Shown piece after piece: positions 57,116 through 64,000 of a DNA stretch of 64,000 nucleotides. The DNA comes from Myxococcota bacterium (lineage in GTDB: Bacteria; Myxococcota_A; UBA796; SXON01): assembly GCA_040386535.1 (NCBI GenBank), contig JAZKFH010000009.1, positions 181,451 to 245,450 of the forward strand, given 5' to 3'. Each line of letters begins with the position of its first letter. The first letter of the stretch is position 1. Under the pieces are notes generated by a model that worked only from the letters and a program-made list of their open reading frames with translations, was not told where the DNA came from and ran no database searches. Both the position numbers and the translations under genes were made by a program.

Positions 57116-57778
57116 ATGATCCGCACCCTCTCCCTGCTCGCCCTCTTCGCCTCGCTCCCCGGCTGCATCTTCGTGCTCGACGGCGAGAAGGACTGCGACG
57201 CCAGCGCCTCGGGTTCGGTCTCCCTCACGGTGTCCGCCGCCGACGCGGGCGACGTGTCCGCCGCGGTCGTGACGTTCGCGCCCGCCGGGGAGCCGGAGAA
57301 GCCCTGTGACAACTTCGGCGCGACCGGCGAGTACGTTTGTGGCTGGGAGGTGGCCGGCGACATCCTCGTCCGCGTCGAGGCCCCCGGGTACCAGACCTTC
57401 GAGCGGAGCGTGTTCGTCGAGCAGGGCGAGTGCCACGTGGTCCAGGAGCACCTCGCCGTGGTGTTGGCGCCCGAAGATGTCGACTGCACCGACGTCGAGA
57501 TGGCCTCGGTCGTCGCCACCGTGGCCGGATCGGGCGGAGAGGAGCTCCGCGACGTGTCCGTGTCGTGGGGCTACCGCGACGCCGACATGGCGCCTCAGCC
57601 GTGCTCCGAGGGGTCGGGCGGCAGCTGGACCTGCGGCACGGAGGTGGCGGGCGACCTCGAGATCTACGCCGACGCGGGCGGCCACGCGGGCGAGATGGCG
57701 AGCGTGCACGTCGGCGCGGACGAGTGCCACGTGATCACCGAGAACGTGGCCTTCGAGCTCGACTGGCTCCCGGACTAA
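57116..57778 (+). CDS. Lipoprotein with two tandem Cys-containing beta domains
   Basis: GGAGG RBS; LPGC lipobox; duplicated PC...CG.EVAGD...A.G...V...ECHV. Confidence 0.75.
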   Translation: MIRTLSLLALFASLPGCIFVLDGEKDCDASASGSVSLTVSAADAGDVSAAVVTFAPAGEPEKPCDNFGATGEYVCGWEVAGDILVRVEAPGYQTFERSVFVEQGECHVVQEHLAVVLAPEDVDCTDVEMASVVATVAGSGGEELRDVSVSWGYRDADMAPQPCSEGSGGSWTCGTEVAGDLEIYADAGGHAGEMASVHVGADECHVITENVAFELDWLPD

Positions 57779-59079
57779 GCGGACGTGGGCTCGAGCAGCG
57801 CCCGCCAGCCGATTCGACGGTCGGGGCGGGTGTGCGCCCGGGCCCGCGCGTGGAGCGATGTGAGGTCCGGTGTGGGCGCGGGCGCGCGCTCCTGGGGCGT
57901 GAACGTGCCCGCGAAGACCTCGGCGCCCACGTCCTTGTAGACCTCGCGGAACGGCCGGCCCTCCGCCTGGGCGCGCCGGAAGGCCTCCGCGGCGGCGAAC
58001 AGCTCGGGGTCGAGCGTGGTGGCGCGGGGCTCGACGGCGGCGGCGAGGTGGGCCGCCACGCGCAGGGTGAGCCGCGCGGTGCGCACGCCGCGGAGCAGCG
58101 GCGCCTTGGTGTGCTGCAGATCGCGGTGGTAGCCGGAGGGGAGGGCCCCCGCGAGATCCTCGATCTCGCGCTGGGCGGCGCGCACGCGGCGGGCCTGGCC
58201 GCGGAGCAGCTCGGCCACGTCGGGGTTGCGCTTCTGCGGCATGATCGACGAGCCGGTGGTGAACGCGGGCGGCAGCTTCACGAGCCCGAACTCGGTGGTG
58301 GCGTACAGGCACAGATCGCCCGCCCAGCGGCCGACCACGTGGCACGCTGCGGCGAGCGCTCCGAGCGCCGCGCTCTCGACCAGCCCGCGCTCCAGCTGCG
58401 CGGCGGTGACGGGCTCGACCACGCCGTCGAAGCCGAGGAGGCGGGCCGTGAGCGCACGATCGAGGGGGAGGGGGGAGCCGTACCCGGCGGCGGAGCCGAG
58501 CGGGTTGCGGCCGGCCATGGCGCGCGCGGCATCGAGGAGCGGGAGCGCGTCGAGCAGGGCGCCCGCGAACCCCGCGGCCCAGAGGCCCCAGCTGGACGGC
58601 ATGGCGCGCTGGAGGTGCGTGTAGCCGGGCACCGGCAGGTCGCCGTGGCGCTCGGCGAAGGCGAGCCACGCCGCGGCGAGCGCGCGCCACTCGACCTCGG
58701 CGGCATCGAGCTCCTCGAGCAGCCACAGGCGCAGGTCGGTGAGCACCTGGTCGTTGCGGGAGCGCCCAGTGTGGAGCTTGCCGGCAACTGCGCCGAGCCG
58801 CGCGGACAGGAGCGACTCGACGGCGGTGTGCACGTCCTCCTGCTCGGGGACGATGGTGAAGTCGCCCCGCTCGATGTCACCGGCCACGTCGGCCAGCCCC
58901 GCGAGGAGCGTGTCGACGTCGGTGCGATCGAGCATGCCGGCCGCGAGCTGCGCGCGCACGTGCGCCGCGGACCCGACCACGTCGTGCCACGCCCAGGCGA
59001 GGTCGGTGACGGGGTCCTCCCCGACGGTGAACGCGGCGACCAGGGTGTCGAGGGGTTCGCCTTTGTCCCAGAGCTTCAC
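57775..59079 (-). CDS. argH: Argininosuccinate lyase
   Basis: KLWDKG, EDVHTAVE, HTGRSRNDQV, PGYTHLQRA, TGSSIMPQKRNPD, LPSGYHRDLQ. Confidence 0.95.
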   Translation of the reverse strand: MKLWDKGEPLDTLVAAFTVGEDPVTDLAWAWHDVVGSAAHVRAQLAAGMLDRTDVDTLLAGLADVAGDIERGDFTIVPEQEDVHTAVESLLSARLGAVAGKLHTGRSRNDQVLTDLRLWLLEELDAAEVEWRALAAAWLAFAERHGDLPVPGYTHLQRAMPSSWGLWAAGFAGALLDALPLLDAARAMAGRNPLGSAAGYGSPLPLDRALTARLLGFDGVVEPVTAAQLERGLVESAALGALAAACHVVGRWAGDLCLYATTEFGLVKLPPAFTTGSSIMPQKRNPDVAELLRGQARRVRAAQREIEDLAGALPSGYHRDLQHTKAPLLRGVRTARLTLRVAAHLAAAVEPRATTLDPELFAAAEAFRRAQAEGRPFREVYKDVGAEVFAGTFTPQERAPAPTPDLTSLHARARAHTRPDRRIGWRALLEPTSA

Positions 59080-59257
59080 GGGGGCCTCGGTAGGGGCCGC
59101 GGGCGTATCACGGGGGCAGCCGGCGGGGCCGCTCCGGGGCCCTGCGGTGGAGGCGGCGGTGGCTCCGGTCGAGGGTGGCGGGTCGGGTTCCTTCGCGCCG
59201 GGGACGGGCACGGCGGCGGCTGGTCCGGCTCTTGCAGCGGGACGCCGCGGAGGCTTC

Positions 59258-60172
59258 ATGCGCTCTCTTCGGGCCGGTGGGATCCTGGTGCTGCTGTACA
59301 TGGCGTACGTGGTGTTGTTTCTCGCGGGGGCCGCGGCGCTCGGACCCGAGATTGCTCCGGACGCGTTGACGCCGGCGGAGCAGTCCGCATCGCTCGGGAT
59401 GACGCTCGTGGTGGCCGCCATCGATCTCGCGATCATGGGGGTGTGGGTCGCGCGCGCGCGGTTCGGCGGGTGGCGGCTCTGGGCCGTCACATCCCTCGTG
59501 ATGTACGGCGTCAAGACCTTCTCGAGCAACCTCGAGACCTGGTACTTCGTGGACGCCGCCCACGTGCCGCCCGAGATGCTCCCGAGCCTGTTCGCGATGA
59601 CCCTCCCGTTGTGTGTCATCTGGCCCGCGCTGCTGGTCTGGGGGCTCGGTCCACGCGGTGACACGCCGGGGCGCCCCGTCACCATCGCGCCGGCCGCGCT
59701 AGCGGTGCGCGTGGCGGTCGCCGGTGTGGTGCTCTACCCGATCTTCTTCTTCGTCGCCGGGTACTGGATCGCGTGGCAGAACCCGGCGGTGCGGGCCTAC
59801 TATGGCGGCGCCGCGGTGCCGCTGCCGATCCTGCGGCACCTCGCCGAGACGTTCGCCGGCGATCCCTTCCTGCTCCCGTTCGAGATGATTCGCGGGCTGC
59901 TCTGGGTGGCGATCGGCTGGCCCGTGTTGCGCTGGTCCCGCGGGCCCTGGTGGGCCGGCGCGCTGCTCTTCGCGACGATGATGGCGTTGGTGCAGAACGA
60001 TCTCCACCTGCTCCCCAACCCCCTCATGCCGCCCGAGGTGCGTTGGTGGCACTTCATCGAGACCACGTCGTCCAACTTCCTGTTCGCGTGGTGCGCGGCC
60101 GCGCTGATCGAACAGGGCTACCGCGCGATCGCCCCGGCCCGTAGCGCGCCGCGGGTGGAGTCAGCGCCGTAG
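59258..60172 (+). CDS. Polytopic membrane protein of unknown function
   Basis: About eight TM segments; AWQNPAVRAYY, IRGLLW, LLPNPLMPPEVRWWHFIETTSSNF. Confidence 0.75.
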   Translation: MRSLRAGGILVLLYMAYVVLFLAGAAALGPEIAPDALTPAEQSASLGMTLVVAAIDLAIMGVWVARARFGGWRLWAVTSLVMYGVKTFSSNLETWYFVDAAHVPPEMLPSLFAMTLPLCVIWPALLVWGLGPRGDTPGRPVTIAPAALAVRVAVAGVVLYPIFFFVAGYWIAWQNPAVRAYYGGAAVPLPILRHLAETFAGDPFLLPFEMIRGLLWVAIGWPVLRWSRGPWWAGALLFATMMALVQNDLHLLPNPLMPPEVRWWHFIETTSSNFLFAWCAAALIEQGYRAIAPARSAPRVESAP

Positions 60173-60174
60173 GG

Positions 60175-61224
60175 CTACCCCAGCAGATCCGCCACGACCG
60201 CCGCGTACGCGCCCACCGCCGCCTCGACCAGCGCGAGCTCGACCCACTCATCGGCGGTGTGGCTGACCTCGGAGAGGCCGGGCCCCCACTTGATCGCGGC
60301 GACGCCCACGAGGTGTGCCCAGTCGGAGAGGGTGGGGGATGCAAACGTGCGCGCTTGCGGACGGGCACGGAGGGCTGCGGCGAGCACCGGCGCGTCGCTC
60401 GGCGTCTCGACGGGGCGGAAGCGGTCGGAGCGCACCGTCACGTCGGCGCCGACGGCCGCGCCCACGATCGCGGCGAGCTCGGCGTGGGTGTACGACGGGG
60501 TCGTGCGCAGGTCGACCGTGTAGCGCACGCGGTCGGGGATGACGTTGTGGCGATCGCCGCCTGCCACCACCGTGACCGCGTGGGTTGTGCGGCCGGCGGC
60601 GGGGTGCACGCGGTCGAGCACGAGGCCTTCGAGCGCGAGGATGTCGCGCGCGGCCTTGTAGATGGCGTTGTCCGCGAGGTGCGGGCGGGCGGCGTGGCCG
60701 GCGCGGCCCTTCGCCTCGCAGTCGAGGATGAGCAGGCCGTTCTGCGCCACCGCGATGTCGAGCCCGGTCGGCTCGCCGACGATCGCGTGGTCGGCCGGCG
60801 GCAACGACGGGAGGAAGATCTCGAGCCCGCCGCGGCCCACCTCCTCCTCGCACACCGTCGCGAGGACGAGCTTGCCGCGCTTCGGACGCGCGCTCGCGAA
60901 CGCCATCGCCATCGCGGCGCAGCAGCCCTTCGCGTCGTTGGCGCCGAGGCCGTACATGCGGCCGCCCTCGATCGTGGGGGCCCACGGATCGCGGGTCCAC
61001 GCCGCGGTCGCGGGCACGGTGTCGAGGTGCGAGACCAGCAGGAGCGTGGGCCCGGGCACGCCGCTGTCCAGCACCGCCGCGAGGTTGCGGTCGGCCCGGA
61101 TGCGCTCGGCGTCGGGCGCGTTCGCGCGCAGCCACGCCTCCATCACGTCGACGGCCGGCCCCTCCTCACGGGAGGGCGACCGCGCGGCGACGAGGGCGTG
61201 GAGCAACGCGACCGGGTCGGTCAC
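60175..61224 (-). CDS. argE: Acetylornithine deacetylase (M20 family)
   Basis: SHLDTV, GLGANDAKG, CEEE, AIVGEPT, GRAGHAA, HTADE; coupled to argB. Confidence 0.85.
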   Translation of the reverse strand: MTDPVALLHALVAARSPSREEGPAVDVMEAWLRANAPDAERIRADRNLAAVLDSGVPGPTLLLVSHLDTVPATAAWTRDPWAPTIEGGRMYGLGANDAKGCCAAMAMAFASARPKRGKLVLATVCEEEVGRGGLEIFLPSLPPADHAIVGEPTGLDIAVAQNGLLILDCEAKGRAGHAARPHLADNAIYKAARDILALEGLVLDRVHPAAGRTTHAVTVVAGGDRHNVIPDRVRYTVDLRTTPSYTHAELAAIVGAAVGADVTVRSDRFRPVETPSDAPVLAAALRARPQARTFASPTLSDWAHLVGVAAIKWGPGLSEVSHTADEWVELALVEAAVGAYAAVVADLLG

Positions 61225-62120
61225 TCCTCGTCCCGCCGGGTCGCCACGAGCATCGTGCCGCAGCCCTCGTTGGTGAACACCTCCTGCAGGAGGCTGTGCG
61301 GGCGCGTGCCGTCGATGATGTGCACGCGGGGGACGCCGCCCCGGAGCGCGTCGGACACGGCCGCGAGCTTCGGCAACATGCCACCGCTCACGGCGCCGGA
61401 GCGTACGAGCTCCTCGACCGTGCCGAGGTCGCCGTAGGAGACGAGGCGGCGCGGATCGTCCTTGTCCTCGAGCAGCCCGGGCACCGACGTGCACACGATG
61501 AGCTTCTCGGCGCCGAGCGCGATCGCCACCTGCGACGCGATGGTGTCGGCGTTGACGTTGAGCAGCGTGCCGTCCGCCATCGCGGCGAGCGAGCAGAACA
61601 CCGGCATCATGTCGTTGTCGAGCAACATCTTGGGGAGCTTGGAGTCGACGGTGTCGATGTCGCCGACGAACCCGAAGTCGACCAGCTGCTCGGTGCCGGT
61701 GGACGGGTCGCGCACGGTGCGCGGGAGGCGGCGGTGCGCGATGATCGTCGCGCCATCGCCACCGGAGAGGCCGACGGCGCGCACGCCCTGGGCCGCGATC
61801 GCGCTGACGAGCTCGGTGTTGAGCTGGCCGCGGAACACCATCCGCGCGAGCTCCTGGGTGCGCGCGTCGGTGATGCGGCGGCCGGCGACGACCTCCCGCT
61901 TCACGTCCATCTTGGCGCACATCGCGTCGAGCTGCGGGCCGCCGCCGTGCACGAGCACCACCTTGATGCCGACGTGGTGAAGGAGCGCCACGTCCTCCGC
62001 GATCGCGCCGCGCGCGCGTTCGTCCGCCAGGATCGCGCCGGACACCTTGATCACGAAGGTGCGGCCGCGGAACAGGCGGATGTAGGGGTGGGCGCCGAGC
62101 AGGGGAGCGATGCGGTTCAT
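61221..62120 (-). CDS. argB: Acetylglutamate kinase
   Basis: FVIKVSG, LVHGGGPQ, GRRITD, DFGFVG, NVNADTIA, GGMLPKL, VHIIDG, EVFTNEGCGT. Confidence 0.95.
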   Translation of the reverse strand: MNRIAPLLGAHPYIRLFRGRTFVIKVSGAILADERARGAIAEDVALLHHVGIKVVLVHGGGPQLDAMCAKMDVKREVVAGRRITDARTQELARMVFRGQLNTELVSAIAAQGVRAVGLSGGDGATIIAHRRLPRTVRDPSTGTEQLVDFGFVGDIDTVDSKLPKMLLDNDMMPVFCSLAAMADGTLLNVNADTIASQVAIALGAEKLIVCTSVPGLLEDKDDPRRLVSYGDLGTVEELVRSGAVSGGMLPKLAAVSDALRGGVPRVHIIDGTRPHSLLQEVFTNEGCGTMLVATRRDEE

Positions 62121-62145
62121 GGTGCAATCCGGGCGGGCGCGCGGC

Positions 62146-62536
62146 TTATGCCGATCGGGGTGGGCGTGCACGGTCGGCCGAGCGTCCTGCTGCGCGCCAC
62201 GCGAGCCAGCAGGTGAGGCCCCTGATGGGGATGAGCAGGTGCCCGCTGAACCACGTGATCCGCAGCACCTCGAAAAGCTCGCGGCGCATCAGCTCGAGCG
62301 GGGGCGTGGAACCCGAGCGCGCCCGCACGCCGCCCCGGGATGTCCGGCCGGGCCACGAACCAGGCGACGAACGGCGTTGTGAAGGGCAGGAGCGGGTTGA
62401 CCTGCGACCAGTCCCTGTCGAACGAAAAGTCGCTCGTGTACCACGCGAGCCACACGCATTGGAGCCCCAGCGCCAGCAGAAGCCCGAGCCCGGTCACCAG
62501 CGCAGCACGACCGTGGGTCCGCAGGTTCAGGAGCAT
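62146..62536 (-). pseudogene. Small membrane protein gene, apparently frameshifted near 62310
   Basis: MLLNLRTHG..TM..WFVARP frame loses protein-like character while an alternate frame continues LELMRRELFEVLRITWFSGHLLIP to a stop at 62146. Confidence 0.35.
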
Positions 62537-62861
62537 GCCCCTGCCTATCGTGCGGCGCGGCTCGATCGGGTGGAGCGTCACGATCCGGGCGCCCCGCCGG
62601 CCCGAGCGCCGGCGTCGGTCCCCTGCGGGCGCGGCCTGCGGCCTTGGTCGGCGCGCCCTCCGCGGCGGAGGGCGCGCCGGACCGCGCGGCCCCGAGCGGC
62701 CGCGCGCCCTCCGGGCGCCTGGCGCGGGGGATTGGTGGGCTTTGCTCGGGCGTTCCTTCACTCGTGCTGGGCAAACTCGTGGCTGCGGCCGGGGGAGGAG
62801 CGCCGCCTCCAAGGTGCGGTGGCCGCGCGGCGGCCACGGAGGGACCCCTGACGCTCTTGCA

Positions 62862-62958
62862 GGTGACGAACGGCCGGGGTGAGGCGCCACCCCTCGCGTT
62901 CGGCACCCTCCCGGTGCCGAACGGCCGGGGTGAGGCGCCACCCCTCGCGTTCGGCACC
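62862..62958. repeat. Two 46-bp palindromic units at 51-bp period (REP-like)
   Basis: ggtg(a/c)cgaacggccggggtgaggcgccacccctcgcgttcggcacc at 62862 and 62913. Confidence 0.9.
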
Positions 62959-62963
62959 GTGTA

Positions 62964-63013
62964 GAGTCGAGGGATGAGTGTGCATCCTCCTACCTCGAAC
63001 GGCCGAGATCGAG
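62964..63013. repeat. Single copy of the second hairpin variant
   Basis: gggatgagtgtgcatcctcctacctcg identical to 63651-63677. Confidence 0.85.
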
Positions 63014-63147
63014 CGAGGCCGACGTCCGCACGCAACCAGCCGCGCGCAGCCACCCGCACGATCTCGCCCGCCGGCGCCGCGGTCGGTCGGCTCGACGTTC
63101 CCTCCACGGAACCGCGCCGTGCGCCTTATCGAATAGGAGGGTTGGAT

Positions 63148-63417
63148 ATGCAATTTCTCCGCGCCTCGACCTTCGTCGCGAGCCTCGTCGTCCTTGGCGG
63201 CCTGCTGAGCGTCTACGTACCGGCCTGGCGCGGCGGGGCCGTGCCCCAAGGCCACCCCTACTCGGGCCTCACGCTGCTCTGTCTCGCCCTGGTGAATCTC
63301 GTGCTGACCTTGGCCCCGCGGCCGCCCGGGAAGGTGTGGGTGCAATGGATCGTGACCGCTCCGATGTTGATGCTGGTGCTTGCCGGCACGGTGATGTGGC
63401 TGCGCGCAAACGCGTAG
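63148..63417 (+). CDS. Small three-TM membrane protein (89 aa)
   Basis: AGGAGG RBS 7 nt upstream of ATG; three hydrophobic segments. Confidence 0.7.
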   Translation: MQFLRASTFVASLVVLGGLLSVYVPAWRGGAVPQGHPYSGLTLLCLALVNLVLTLAPRPPGKVWVQWIVTAPMLMLVLAGTVMWLRANA

Positions 63418-63435
63418 CGAGGCTGGTCACGGCGC

Positions 63436-63940
63436 GACACCCCGCCGCGCGAGGGGCCTGGAAGGTGGCGCGGGCGCGTCGATGCCGGGGCCGATGGCCG
63501 CGTCGAACTCCAACGCCCGCGCCAGTCGGCCCGCGCGCGCGGGACGACGGAGGGCGGAGCCCGACCCTGGAAGGGCCCGGCCCGTGTCCGCGCGGGACGC
63601 GCCCGTGGCAAATATACAGTCAGTCCGTACGATCCGACGCCTGAAGTCAAGGGATGAGTGTGCATCCTCCTACCTCGGACGCTATGTCCGGCCGAGATCG
63701 AGGGATGGGCGAGCATCCCCTGACTTCGGACGCTATTTCCGGCCGAAGTCCAGGGATGAGCAGGCATCCTCCTGCTTCGGACGCTCAGAGCGCCCCGAGT
63801 CGGGCCGACGCGCCGGCCCCCCTGGTGGCCACCCCTGGTCCGCACCCGAGACACCCCGCCGCGCGAGGGGGCCTGGAAGGTGGCGCGGGCGAAGCCGACC
63901 CTGGAAGGGCCCGGCCCGCGTCCGCGCGGGACGCGCCCGA
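63436..63940. repeat. Direct repeat blocks flanking the hairpin array
   Basis: gacaccccgccgcgcgagggg..cctggaaggtggcgcgggcg at 63436 and 63850; ccgaccctggaagggcccggcccg.gtccgcgcgggacgcgcccg at about 63561 and 63895. Confidence 0.85.
63643..63784. repeat. Three degenerate hairpin units at 51-bp period (REP-like)
   Basis: GGGATG-N6-CATCC cores at 63651, 63702 and 63753, each followed by tcggacgct. Confidence 0.9.
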
Positions 63941-64000
63941 TTGCTACGCGCCCGATTGCTACGCGCCCGATTGCTACGCGCCCGATTGCTACGCGCCCGA
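63931..64000 (+). repeat. 15-bp perfect tandem repeat (TTGCTACGCGCCCGA)n running off the window end
   Basis: Four full copies at 63941-64000 plus a partial copy at 63931-63940. Confidence 0.95.

Noticed and set aside
59080..59685. Long N-terminal extension of argH
   Set aside because: Homology starts at VKLWDKG; the extension is low-complexity and antisense to a credible membrane gene
62862..63784. CRISPR array or integron attC cassette array
   Set aside because: Units are near-contiguous with only about 5 nt between them, so there are no unique spacers; no cas or integrase gene and no clear RYYYAAC/GTTRRRY ends were seen

Overview
64 kb of very GC-rich bacterial chromosome. It is most consistent with a Myxococcota-like organism (inferred from a MYXO-CTERM-like GCGC tail, many Asp/Thr-linker lipoproteins and a classical mevalonate pathway). 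About 65 genes are supportable. Housekeeping and metabolic genes: DsbD C-terminus, Hsp33, a five-gene mevalonate operon (HMGR-MVK-MVD-PMK-IDI2, no HMG-CoA synthase in the window), acyl-CoA ligase, chrA, truncated globin, AlkD-like repair protein, FAAL, LysR/YceI, MscS, class II photolyase and argB/argE/argH. No rRNA, tRNA, transposase or CRISPR array was recognised. The best candidate for an undescribed system is a tightly coupled operon at 40761-45635: a GT-B glycosyltransferase, three radical SAM enzymes with auxiliary Fe-S Cys motifs (two of them paralogs) and a membrane-anchored protein. Other notable items: a heme c/copper monooxygenase fusion, a lipoprotein/heme protein/Tat DUF1501 trio, 51-bp-period hairpin repeats with compensatory base changes, helically phased TGATACATC boxes at three gene starts, and signs of frequent leaderless promoters. 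All family assignments come from motif recognition by eye, with no database searches, and start codons are best estimates.
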